Shown here piece by piece: positions 55,327 through 64,000 of a DNA stretch of 64,000 bases (position 1 is its first letter; every line of letters starts with the position of its first letter). The stretch is taken from the NCBI GenBank assembly GCA_030655775.1, contig JAUSPI010000154.1, positions 3,839 through 67,838 on the forward strand, read 5' to 3'. Both the position numbers and the translations under genes were made by a program. A model generated the notes under the pieces. That model did no database searches. It was not told where the DNA came from and saw only the letters and a program-made list of their open reading frames with translations. This stretch comes from Syntrophales bacterium (GTDB lineage Bacteria > Desulfobacterota > Syntrophia > Syntrophales > JADFWA01).

Positions 55327-57744
55327 ATGTCATATAAAATCAAGAAAGCTGCCGTTTTGGGGGCGGGGGTCATGGGTACCGGGATTGCCGCTCACCTGGC
55401 GAATGCGGGGATTGAGTGTGTGTTGCTCAATAATATACCTTCTCAACTGACCGATGACGACAGAAAAAATGGCTTGACCGAGGAGAGTCCGCAGTGGCGA
55501 AACCGCAGGGCGGCAGATAGCCTGGCGAGAGCATTGAAATCGAAACCTCCCGGTTTTTATTCCGGCAAGACTGCTTCATTGATTGAGATCGGAAACCTGC
55601 AGGACGACCTCAACCGGCTGTCTGATGTAGACTGGGTCATTGAAGCGGTTGTTGAAAATCTGAAAAAGAAAAAGGACCTTTTGGCAAAGATCGAAAAGAT
55701 CGTAAAACCGGAGTGCATCGTTTCAACGAATACATCGGGTTTGCCGATCAAAGATATCTCGGCTGACTTCGGCACAGGACTGAAAGAGCACTTTCTGGGG
55801 ATTCATTTCTTTAATCCTCCCCGTTACATGAAACTCGTAGAAGTTATCCCCGGTGAGGAAACGAAAAGAGGGGTAGTGGATTATATAACGACATTCTGTG
55901 AGGAAGCTCTCGGAAAGAGTGTGGTCATCTGCAAGGATGTGAACAGTTTTATTGCCAACCGCATCGGCACATTCGATCTATCGAATGCGGCAAAGATTAT
56001 GCTTGATAAGGGTCTCACGATAGAGGAGCTGGATGCCATAATCGGCAAGGAAGCGGGCAGGCCGGGTTCGTCAATATTTGGAACCCTGGACCTGATCGGC
56101 CTGGATACGATTCGCAGGATGATGATCAATCTTTATGAAGCGGCGCCGGACGATGAAATAAGAGGTATCTTTGTGCCGCAGGATCTGATGAACAAAATGG
56201 TGAAGAAAAAATGGCTGGGAAACAAGACGAGGCAAGGTTTCTATAAAAGAACGAAGGATGAGGAGGGAAAGAGTGTCAAACTGGTTCTTGATTACAATAA
56301 TATGGAATACATTCCCCTTAAAAAACCGGCATTTGCCTCGATTTCAGAAGCGAAGAAGATGAAAGGGGGGCCTGAGGCAAAGCTGAAGGCGCTGTTCAAC
56401 GGGACAGACATCGCCGCCGATGTTGTCCGTGAGTACCTCTGCAGAAATTTCATCTATGCGGCCAACCGCATCCCCGAAATCTGCGATACTATTGTGGAGA
56501 CAGATAACGCCATGAGATGGGGTTACAATCACGAACTGGGACCCTTTGAACAGTGGGATGCCGTAGGTCTAAGGGAATCCTTGGAGGTGATGGACAATCT
56601 GAAACTGGACGTTCCCGGAAAGATTGCCGGGATGGTGGAAGCCGGCTTTGAATCTTTTTATCTCAAAAAGGAGGATGGCGGATATTACTACGATTTCAAG
56701 ACTATGGGTTATGTTAAACTTAAAGTTAATCCAAAGATAATCCTTCTGCCCTCTCTAAAAGAAAGAAAAAAGGTCGTCAGGGAAAATCCCTCCGCAAGTC
56801 TTGTGGATATTGGCGATGGTGTCGCCTGTCTCGAATTTCATACCAAGATGAACACGATAGACGATAGTGTCATACAGATGATCTTTGACAGTTGCGATAT
56901 TGTGGAGAAGGACTTTCTCGGAATGGTCGTTGCGAACCATGGCGCTAATTTCTCGGTAGGGGTCAATCTCTTTATGCTTCTTGAGATAATCGGGAGGGGG
57001 GAATGGAACACTATTGACCGTATGATCCAGGCTTTTCAAAATGCCAACATGAGAATGAAATTCCTGGAAAAGCCGGTAGTGACCGCTCCGGCGGGGATGG
57101 CGCTGGGCGGAGGGTGCGAGATATCGATGCATGGGGCACGATGTCAGCCATGCGGGGAAACTTACATAGGACTGGTGGAAGTGATGGCCGGTGTTATCCC
57201 TGCGGGAGGTGGAACGAAAGAACTGATGGTGCGCTGTACCGAAGGAATACCGGCCGGTGTCAGTGAAGCGGCATCAACCCTTCCGGCTGCCTATAATAAG
57301 GTTTTTGAAACTATAGGCACAGCCAAGGTATCCACCAGCGCCGCGGAGGCGATGGAGATGGGTTACATCAGAGAAACAGATGCCGTCAGCATTAACCGGG
57401 ACTACCAGATCCGGGACGCGAAAGAGGTTGCCCTCGGTTTGTCAAAATCCTATAAGAAACCGGAGCCCGCGATGATTTTCGTTATGGGAGAACAGTTCAG
57501 TAGTGCCTGCAGGGCTGCTCTGGACAATATGAGGCAGGGAAATCTTATTTCCGACTACGATGTCCTTGTTGCGATGAAGCTTGCCGGGGTTATTGCGGGC
57601 GGTGATTATAGAGAGGGAACGCCGGTTACGGAACAGAAGATACTCGACCTGGAGAGGGAAGCCTTTGTGAGTCTCTGTGGAGAATCCAAGACTCAGGACA
57701 GGATCAAGCATGTGCTGACAACCGGAAAACCGTTACGCAATTAA
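55327..57744 (+). CDS. bifunctional 3-hydroxyacyl-CoA dehydrogenase / enoyl-CoA hydratase (FadN-like architecture)
   Basis: 805 aa. N-terminal NAD Rossmann AAVLGAGVMGTGIAAHLA. C-terminal crotonase fold (...APAGMALGGGCEISMH). Confidence 0.85.
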   Translation: MSYKIKKAAVLGAGVMGTGIAAHLANAGIECVLLNNIPSQLTDDDRKNGLTEESPQWRNRRAADSLARALKSKPPGFYSGKTASLIEIGNLQDDLNRLSDVDWVIEAVVENLKKKKDLLAKIEKIVKPECIVSTNTSGLPIKDISADFGTGLKEHFLGIHFFNPPRYMKLVEVIPGEETKRGVVDYITTFCEEALGKSVVICKDVNSFIANRIGTFDLSNAAKIMLDKGLTIEELDAIIGKEAGRPGSSIFGTLDLIGLDTIRRMMINLYEAAPDDEIRGIFVPQDLMNKMVKKKWLGNKTRQGFYKRTKDEEGKSVKLVLDYNNMEYIPLKKPAFASISEAKKMKGGPEAKLKALFNGTDIAADVVREYLCRNFIYAANRIPEICDTIVETDNAMRWGYNHELGPFEQWDAVGLRESLEVMDNLKLDVPGKIAGMVEAGFESFYLKKEDGGYYYDFKTMGYVKLKVNPKIILLPSLKERKKVVRENPSASLVDIGDGVACLEFHTKMNTIDDSVIQMIFDSCDIVEKDFLGMVVANHGANFSVGVNLFMLLEIIGRGEWNTIDRMIQAFQNANMRMKFLEKPVVTAPAGMALGGGCEISMHGARCQPCGETYIGLVEVMAGVIPAGGGTKELMVRCTEGIPAGVSEAASTLPAAYNKVFETIGTAKVSTSAAEAMEMGYIRETDAVSINRDYQIRDAKEVALGLSKSYKKPEPAMIFVMGEQFSSACRAALDNMRQGNLISDYDVLVAMKLAGVIAGGDYREGTPVTEQKILDLEREAFVSLCGESKTQDRIKHVLTTGKPLRN

Positions 57745-57846
57745 AAATGGAAAGCGGACACGCTCTGCAATAAAATATATTGACAAACAAGCATTTAACA
57801 AATAGCTATCGGGTGGCGATGAAAATAAAAATGAGGAGATTGCGGC

Positions 57847-59178
57847 ATGTTTGAATGCAGAACAAAAGAAGACGTATTGAAGATTGTCAAGGAGCAAGAC
57901 GTCAGTTTTATACAGTTCTGGTTTACGGACGTTCTGGGAATGCTCAAAACATTCAGTGTTACTCCTTCAGAACTGGAAGAAGGATTGACGGAAGGTATGG
58001 GATTTGATGGTTCTTCAATTCAAGGATTTGCCCGGATTGAGGAGAGCGACATGATCGCCAAACCTGATCCTGTCACTTTTCAGATAATTTCCTGGCGGCC
58101 AAGTGATCGACCGGTTGCCCGCATGTTCTGTGATATCCTCAATCCTGATGGAACTCCCTATGAGGGTGACCCCCGCTATGTCTTAAAATGTATGCTCAAG
58201 AAGGCGAGTGATCTCGGCTATACTTTCTATGTGGGACCGGAACTTGAGTATTTCTACTTTGCAAGTGAAACCTCACCCGATATCCTCGATCGGGCGGGAT
58301 ACTTTGATGGTTTGCCTATGGATCGCGGCACCGAGCTTCGCCGACAGACTATCTTCGCGCTACAGGAAATGGGCATTCAGGTGGAATACAGCCATCATGA
58401 AGTGGCCCCCAGTCAGCACGAGATTGACCTCCGCTACATGGAAGCCTTAAAGATGGCCGATGCCGTGATGACATATCGCACTACTGTGAAAGAAATTGCC
58501 CGGCAAAATGGTGTTTATGCCACCTTTATGCCTAAACCGATATTTGGTGAAAACGGCAGCGGTATGCATGTTCACCAGTCTTTGTTCAAGGGAGAAAAGA
58601 ATGCCTTTTTCGATGGGGATGATGAATATCATCTGTCTAAGGAAGCAAAGCATTATATAGCGGGGCTTCTGACGCATGTTCCTGAATTTACGGCTGTTAC
58701 TAACCAGTGGGTAAATTCTTATAAGCGACTTGTGCCCGGTTATGAAGCGCCTGTATATGTATCCTGGGCACGCCGCAATCGTTCCGCTCTGGTTCGAATC
58801 CCCATGTATAAACCCGGAAAGGAGAAAGCGACGCGTATCGAGCTTCGCTCTCCTGATCCGGCATGTAACCCCTATTTAGCCTTTGCGATTATGCTGGCAG
58901 CAGGATTGAAAGGAATCGAAAATAAGTATCCGCTTCCAGAACCTATTGAAGAAGATATTTATGAGATGGATGAAAAGGCCAGATCTAAAGCTAACATTAC
59001 ATCGCTACCCGGCAGTCTCGTTCAGGCCCTGACATTGGCATCTGAAAGTGAACTCGTGAGAGAAGCTCTGGGAAATCATATCTTTAACAAATTCATTGAA
59101 AACAAAAGAGTTGAATGGGACAGATTCCGCACTCATGTAAGCCGTTACGAAATTGAGCGTTATCTGCCGCTTCTCTAA
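57847..59178 (+). CDS. glnA: glutamine synthetase, type I
   Basis: 443 aa. FWFTDVLG beta-grasp N-terminus, ATP-binding block KPIFGENGSGMHVHQS, and the NRSALVRIP region. Confidence 0.95.
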   Translation: MFECRTKEDVLKIVKEQDVSFIQFWFTDVLGMLKTFSVTPSELEEGLTEGMGFDGSSIQGFARIEESDMIAKPDPVTFQIISWRPSDRPVARMFCDILNPDGTPYEGDPRYVLKCMLKKASDLGYTFYVGPELEYFYFASETSPDILDRAGYFDGLPMDRGTELRRQTIFALQEMGIQVEYSHHEVAPSQHEIDLRYMEALKMADAVMTYRTTVKEIARQNGVYATFMPKPIFGENGSGMHVHQSLFKGEKNAFFDGDDEYHLSKEAKHYIAGLLTHVPEFTAVTNQWVNSYKRLVPGYEAPVYVSWARRNRSALVRIPMYKPGKEKATRIELRSPDPACNPYLAFAIMLAAGLKGIENKYPLPEPIEEDIYEMDEKARSKANITSLPGSLVQALTLASESELVREALGNHIFNKFIENKRVEWDRFRTHVSRYEIERYLPLL

Positions 59179-59257
59179 CCCGCCGGCAGGGGCAACTTGA
59201 GTAGTTGCCCTGCCGGTCAGATTTGCCCTCAAACGTTAACGTATGGAGTTTATTTAA

Positions 59258-59313
59258 GTAGGGTGGTATTTTATATGCCACCGTTTGCGGTCGGGTATAA
59301 AACCCGACCCTAC
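59258..59313. repeat. GTAGGG...CCCTAC clamped twin-hairpin element, second copy
   Basis: Sequence GTAGG-GTGGTATTTTATATGCCAC-CGTTTGC-GGTCGGGTATAAAACCCGACC-CTAC. Same clamp and layout as 10177-10235 but with different stems. Confidence 0.65.
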
Positions 59314-59331
59314 TCCGAGCAGGTTTTAATT

Positions 59332-60150
59332 ATGATAGAATTTTTTAAAATGAGCGGAAGCGGAAATGACTTTATCCTGATCGACAACAGAGACGATTCT
59401 CTTTCCGTAGGAAACTTAAAAGAGTTTGTGAAAAAGGTATGTGAAAGGAAGACCTCGGGGGGGGCGGACGGATTGATCATTATAGAAAATTCCGACAGGG
59501 TCGATTTCCGCTGGCGTTTTTTTAATGCCGACGGCAGCGAGGTAGAAATGTGCGGGAACGGAGGAAGATGTGCTGCCCGTTTTGCCGTCATTAAAGGTAT
59601 TTCCAGTGAAACCCTCTCTTTCGAAACCGTTGCGGGAATCATCGACGCCGAAGTGAAAGGAAACGTGGTCAAGTTGAGATTGACCGAACCGCATGATTTG
59701 AAGACCGACTATAACCTTAACATCGAGAACAGTCCATATATAGTAAACAGCATAAACACAGGTGTTCCGCATGTGGTGCATTTCGTTGACGACCTTGATT
59801 CATACGATGTCAGGGGCTACGGCCCGCTGATCCGCTATCACGAAGTATATCAGCCTGAAGGGACAAACGCGAATTTTGTACGGGTCATAGATAGAAATAC
59901 TCTCAGGATAAGAACCTATGAAAGGGGCGTTGAAGATGAGACTCTGGCCTGCGGTACCGGTGCCGTGGCATCCGCATTGATATCTTCCTGGAAGGGCCGG
60001 GTTGAATCTCCTGTCGATGTTCAGGTAAAAAGCGGAGAAACGTTAACGATATATTTTGAAAAGACAGACAATGGATTTGAAAAGGTTTATCTGGAGGGCG
60101 GAACCAGCGTTGTGTATCAGGGCCACCTCTGGGAAGAAGCGTGGAAATAG
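59332..60150 (+). CDS. dapF: diaminopimelate epimerase
   Basis: MIEFFKMSGSGNDFILID start. Catalytic Cys contexts MCGNGGRC and LACGTGAVAS. The upstream 45 codons in the track are repeat-derived. Confidence 0.9.
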   Translation: MIEFFKMSGSGNDFILIDNRDDSLSVGNLKEFVKKVCERKTSGGADGLIIIENSDRVDFRWRFFNADGSEVEMCGNGGRCAARFAVIKGISSETLSFETVAGIIDAEVKGNVVKLRLTEPHDLKTDYNLNIENSPYIVNSINTGVPHVVHFVDDLDSYDVRGYGPLIRYHEVYQPEGTNANFVRVIDRNTLRIRTYERGVEDETLACGTGAVASALISSWKGRVESPVDVQVKSGETLTIYFEKTDNGFEKVYLEGGTSVVYQGHLWEEAWK

Positions 60151-60171
60151 TGAGTTTAAAGTTTAAAGTAT

Positions 60172-60309
60172 TCGTAAAAAGTCTCAAAATGTGCCATTTG
60201 TCATGCTGAACTTGTTTCAGCATCTAAACATTTCAATAAGTTAGAGACCCTGAATGATCCTGAAACAAGTCCAGGACATGATTTTGGGTGACAAAAAAGA
60301 CTTTTTACG
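60172..60309 (+). mobile_element. MITE-like element, copy 2 (TIR CGTAAAAAGTC)
   Basis: Sequence CGTAAAAAGTCTCAAAATGTGCCATTTGTCATGCTGAACTTGTTTCAGCATC...GGGTGACAAAAAAGACTTTTTACG. It lies between dapF and the aminotransferase gene. Confidence 0.8.
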
Positions 60310-60361
60310 AAAGCATCAAGTTTGGAACCGGAAACTTGAGTTAAGGAGGGGAAAGATTACA

Positions 60362-61528
60362 TTGCAGATAGCTGAGAGACTATCCGGAATTCCACCATAT
60401 CTTTTTATGGAATTGAGGAAAAAAATAGCAAAGGCAAAGGCCGATGGTCTGGATGTAATAAGCCTCGCTATCGGTGATCCTGTAGAGCCAACGCCTGACG
60501 GCGTCATTGATGAACTCTGCCGAAGGGCAAAAGACCCGGAAAATCACCGTTATCCGACAGATGAGGAAAAAGGGATGATCTCCTTCAGGAAGGAGATTGC
60601 CAACTGGTATCTGGAGAGATACGGCGTTTCATTAAATCCCGATGATGAAATTTTAGGCCTCATCGGTTCCAAGGAAGGCTGCCATCACTTTGTTCTGGCA
60701 AGGGTAAATCCCGGAGACATTGTCCTGATGACGGATCCCGGCTATCCTGCTTACAGGTCAAGCATTCTGATGGGCGGAGGGGAGCCCTACCTTATGCCAA
60801 TTCTGGAGGAAAACGACTATCTGCCGGTCCTTGAAGATATCCCCGCCGATATTGTTAAAAGGGCAAGCGGGATGTTTTTGAATTATCCTAACAACCCCAC
60901 CGGCGCCTGCGCCACGAAGGATTTCTTTGACCGCTTAGTGGAATTTGCAGGAAAGAATGATATCGCCGTATGTCATGACAATCCTTACAGCGAAATAATA
61001 TTTGACGGACAGAAGAGGTTGAGCTTCCTTTCGGCTGCGGGAGCAAAGGACGTGGGAGTTGAACTGACCTCTCTGTCCAAGCCTTACAATATGACCGGGT
61101 GGAGAATCGGAATGGCAATGGGAAATCCTGACCTCATAGCAGCAATAAGCAAAGTTAAGGAGAACACCGATTCCGGCGTTTTCAATCCGATCCAGTATGC
61201 CGCCATCTATGCCCTCAAGAATGAAACGGAAAATATTGAGAACATGCTTGCTGTCTATGCCCGAAGACGGGAGCTGGTCCTGAAGACTTTAGGCCGCATC
61301 GGTATTTCCTTTAAACCACCCAAGGGCACATTTTACCTCTGGGTTCCAACGCCAAGAGGACTGAGTTCGCTGGAATTTACCAACCAGCTGTTTGAAAAGA
61401 CTGCTGTCGTTGTTGCGGCTGGTACTGCATACGGAAAGTACGGAGAAGGTTACATCAGGATATCACTTACGGTAACCGACGAAAGATTAAAAGAAGCAAT
61501 GGATCGAATTGAAAGAGAATTCGCATAG
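60362..61528 (+). CDS. class I aminotransferase, probably LL-diaminopimelate aminotransferase
   Basis: PLP-Lys context SLSKPYNMTGWRIG. Adjacent to dapF. Start placed at TTG 60362 (AGGAGGGG upstream) because the track N-terminus (MILKQVQD...) is encoded by the MITE. Confidence 0.7.
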   Translation: MQIAERLSGIPPYLFMELRKKIAKAKADGLDVISLAIGDPVEPTPDGVIDELCRRAKDPENHRYPTDEEKGMISFRKEIANWYLERYGVSLNPDDEILGLIGSKEGCHHFVLARVNPGDIVLMTDPGYPAYRSSILMGGGEPYLMPILEENDYLPVLEDIPADIVKRASGMFLNYPNNPTGACATKDFFDRLVEFAGKNDIAVCHDNPYSEIIFDGQKRLSFLSAAGAKDVGVELTSLSKPYNMTGWRIGMAMGNPDLIAAISKVKENTDSGVFNPIQYAAIYALKNETENIENMLAVYARRRELVLKTLGRIGISFKPPKGTFYLWVPTPRGLSSLEFTNQLFEKTAVVVAAGTAYGKYGEGYIRISLTVTDERLKEAMDRIEREFA

Positions 61529-61647
61529 AGTGGGTGGCATTGTGTAGGTGTTACATGCTGTTTGATCTCATTATTTTTTTTCAAACAATTTTTCAGATAA
61601 CAATATTTTTCAGATAAGTCATTAGAGTAACCCCAACCGCCCCAGAC

Positions 61648-62796
61648 CTAAAACTCCATCGCTACTCTGGCAAAGACCTCATCTACAGTATCATCAACGG
61701 TACTTCCCGCTGCCTTTTCGTAATTACTCCTGCGATATTCAAGCATAAGAGTCGTTGCAAAATTGTCTTTCTCAAAGAGTGTATAGTTAGCGCCTACAGA
61801 ATATCTGTTCTCCAGATGTCCATCCTGGTCGCCGCTTATGTCGTCGTCAAAGGCCTCATAACGAACCGCTATTTCCAGTGGGTCTATAACCTGACATACA
61901 ATCGCAGCGAACCAGGCCGATTCTTTGTATTCTTTATTAGCCGTTGCATTCTTTTCCCTTTCGAGAGCAGCAATATACTCGGCATCGAAGGTAAAGATAC
62001 CGATCTGGCATCCGATCGTTCCGCCTGCCGTCTCATTGCGGCTCCCCTGCCCCGGTTCGGAATCGAAATAGGCGCTGAGCGAAAACCCCCCTATCGGCGC
62101 TAAAGAAACATTGAGAATATAGGATTCAACATCATCCGTCGGATCGGGATTAGCGGGATCTCTCGTCCAACCGTAATCTGCTTCCGACAATTTATCCGCC
62201 AGGACTTCACCCTTGTATACCGTAGCGGATATATCAAGTCCCAGAAAATCGGGTGTAAATCCTACGGTGGCGCCTGACTTGGCGACCTCATAGCAATCCT
62301 TGGTGATGGGATCACTGATTAAATGGCTGTTGAACACACCGAAGGGTTGCCCCCTCTTGCCGCCTACAAAGTAGAGGGGAAATCCTTCTTTCTGTATCGT
62401 GATTATCGCTTCATCCCAGAAGACCCTGTCATCATTATCAAGGTTTTCTCCCTTAAGAATGAAATTACCGGTTACCCATTCGTGAAATTTTACTTCGACT
62501 CCAAGCTGCACTGTCCCGATATCGAGATCAGAGGTGGAATCGCTGTTTACAACCGTGGTATCCCTTGGATCCGTATAGGTATAATCCAGTTCAATGGCTC
62601 CAGTTATGGTTATATTTTCACTTACCTTGCCCAACAATTCCGTTTTTTCTTCCCGTTTTTTAACCTTTTCTTCCAGCTCCCCGATGCGCTTGTACAGATC
62701 TTCGATATCTCCACTTGCATCACCGGCGAAGGCTGAAGAAAACCCCGCAAATAACAATCCAAAAATCAACATAACTATAATTAAACATCTTTTCAT
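61648..62796 (-). CDS. outer-membrane beta-barrel porin-like protein
   Basis: Signal peptide (MKRCLIIVMLIFGLLFAGFSSAFA), short coiled coil, alternating beta-strand pattern, and a C-terminal ...VAMEF. Confidence 0.65.
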   Translation of the reverse strand: MKRCLIIVMLIFGLLFAGFSSAFAGDASGDIEDLYKRIGELEEKVKKREEKTELLGKVSENITITGAIELDYTYTDPRDTTVVNSDSTSDLDIGTVQLGVEVKFHEWVTGNFILKGENLDNDDRVFWDEAIITIQKEGFPLYFVGGKRGQPFGVFNSHLISDPITKDCYEVAKSGATVGFTPDFLGLDISATVYKGEVLADKLSEADYGWTRDPANPDPTDDVESYILNVSLAPIGGFSLSAYFDSEPGQGSRNETAGGTIGCQIGIFTFDAEYIAALEREKNATANKEYKESAWFAAIVCQVIDPLEIAVRYEAFDDDISGDQDGHLENRYSVGANYTLFEKDNFATTLMLEYRRSNYEKAAGSTVDDTVDEVFARVAMEF

Positions 62797-63000
62797 TTTA
62801 TTTGTCCTTTCTTTCTTTGACATCTTTTTGAAAAACTCTTATGATTAAAAAACAGGCTCACAAAGGCATAGAACTCTCCTCAGGGAGAACTTGTCTTTGA
62901 AGGCTTGCGAGGGGTCTGCGAGGGGAGTGGCCGCCAGACCTTTTCCCCCTTGCTGACCCTTTCAGTTACTTCATATCAAATAAAGTCTTACCAAATAATT

Positions 63001-63144
63001 TTACAACTTATCTTTTATCACCGGGCAGCACGCAGTACATGAAGAACATTTGCGTTCACCCCCTTTACTCCATTTTTTGTAAAAGATTTTGACAAGGCAT
63101 GCGGCAGCGAAACCTACAATAGCAAAAACAAGCAATACATCCAT
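63001..63144 (-). CDS. FeoB-associated Cys-rich small membrane protein
   Basis: Not in the track (47 aa). My translation gives MDVLLVFAIVGFAAACLVKIFYKKWSKGGERKCSSCTACCPVIKDKL. It starts 10 nt after the feoB stop. Confidence 0.7.
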   Translation of the reverse strand: MDVLLVFAIVGFAAACLVKIFYKKWSKGGERKCSSCTACCPVIKDKL

Positions 63145-63153
63145 AATTGAACC

Positions 63154-64000
63154 TCAGCCTCCCAATACCCCCATGACCGAACCAACTTGAAAAACGAGCG
63201 TAGCCAATACAAGAGCCAGGACAGTGTTAAACACCATTGAAAAAATCCCCCATTTCCATGAACCGGATTCCCTCACAATCATGACCACGGTAACAAAGCA
63301 AGGTGCATAGAATATAGTAAAAATGATCAGGCTCAATGCTACCAGCGGGCTCCAGCCCGGCGTTCTGGCCAGGATTTCTGAAAGAGAGCCACTCTCCTCA
63401 GGGTCAAGCTCGCCCAGGGAATAAGCAGTACCCAGAGCCGAAACGACCACTTCCTTGGCCGCGAAACCACCGACAAGGGCAATATTGGTACGCCAGTCAA
63501 AGCCCGCCCACTTCGAAACACTCTCAAGTGCTATTCCAAAACGACCGGCCACGGAATTTCTTAAACCTGTCTCCGCTTCCTGCAAATCGATGGACACCAG
63601 TCGGTTCTTCAAATTCCGTGCTTCTTGAGAAAGTCCGGTCTCTTCACCGGATGCCTCCAATTCCCGGATAACAGTCGCGCTGACTGCCGTCTTCACGGCT
63701 TCACGCCGGTATTCAAATTCCTGTACCTTGGAGTCGGGCAGACCGGGAAAAGTCATCATAGCCCACAGAATGATTGAAATTCCGAGAATGACCGTTCCAG
63801 CCTTTTTGATATACTGCCATGTCCTTTCCCATGTGTGTATGGCCAGCCCTTTAAAGGTGGGAAAACGGTACGGGGGAAGTTCCATGACAAATGGAGCGGA
63901 CTCCCCCTTGATAACCGTGAGTCTAAGCAATTTTGCAACAAACAGGGCACCCAACCAGGCAACAAGTGTAATGATCAGCATCATTATTGCCTCATTTTTC
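63154..64000 (-). CDS. feoB: ferrous iron transporter FeoB, C-terminal membrane domain (N-terminus beyond window)
   Basis: The reading frame stays open to the window edge. Polytopic C-terminal FeoB pattern (...FAAKEVVVSALGTAY...IFYAPCFVTVVMI...). Confidence 0.85.
   Translation of the reverse strand, partial: KNEAIMMLIITLVAWLGALFVAKLLRLTVIKGESAPFVMELPPYRFPTFKGLAIHTWERTWQYIKKAGTVILGISIILWAMMTFPGLPDSKVQEFEYRREAVKTAVSATVIRELEASGEETGLSQEARNLKNRLVSIDLQEAETGLRNSVAGRFGIALESVSKWAGFDWRTNIALVGGFAAKEVVVSALGTAYSLGELDPEESGSLSEILARTPGWSPLVALSLIIFTIFYAPCFVTVVMIVRESGSWKWGIFSMVFNTVLALVLATLVFQVGSVMGVLGG

Noticed and set aside
58785-58800. GGTTCGAATCC (tRNA T-arm-like string)
   Set aside because: It lies inside the glnA reading frame (codons for ..ALVRIP..). 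No acceptor, D or anticodon stems can be drawn around it.
60254-60361. N-terminal 36 codons of ORF 60254..61528 (MILKQVQDMILGDKKDFLRKHQ...)
   Set aside because: They are encoded by MITE copy 2. The aminotransferase homology starts at ...IAERLSGIPPYLF, and a TTG with AGGAGGGG upstream at 60362 is the more plausible start.

Overview
64-kb chromosomal segment from an anaerobic bacterium. The gene content suggests a Desulfobacterota-like organism, but that is a low-confidence inference. All calls rest on my own reading of the sequence and motif-level recognition of the translated ORFs; no searches or folding programs were run. About 50 protein genes are supported. Most belong to anaerobic central metabolism: iorAB with a TRAP transporter and a PaaK-type ligase, ppdK, carB, cstA, a 2-oxoacid:ferredoxin oxidoreductase operon, cimA-leuACDB, a GapN-like ALDH, tungsten-type AOR, a FadN-like enzyme, glnA, dapF and a dapL-like gene, and feoB. 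Four things stand out. (1) Coordinates 49.7-55.2 kb hold a chromosomal integron. It has an IntI-type integrase, a divergent AT-rich cassette array, and attC-like palindromes. Cassette ends obey the expected GTT.../...AAC reciprocity. The first two cassettes encode an AIPR-family abortive-infection protein and a restriction-endonuclease-like (HSDR_N-type) protein, followed by ORF-less attC-like DNA, a hypothetical gene and a self-promoted mazEF. A Y1-transposase (RAYT-like) gene bracketed by perfect 24-bp inverted repeats abuts the array. (2) Three candidate leader-peptide attenuators are present, each with a promoter, a short ORF, an alternative pairing and a terminator just before the RBS. 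The Ile-rich leader precedes cimA, the Leu-rich leader precedes leuA, and a WWW-containing leader precedes the indolepyruvate oxidoreductase/TRAP operon. (3) Intergenic repeats are very dense. There is a ~110-bp double-hairpin element in 7 copies, including deletion derivatives. There is a family of inverted short-tandem-repeat elements with unrelated arm sequences, one of which carries a four-helix-bundle (23S rRNA IVS protein) gene remnant. There are GTAGGG...CCCTAC clamped twin hairpins, and a TIR-bounded MITE in 2 copies. (4) A GltD-like/PorD-like fusion gene inside the oxidoreductase operon is interrupted by one in-frame TAA. No rRNA, tRNA or CRISPR array was found.
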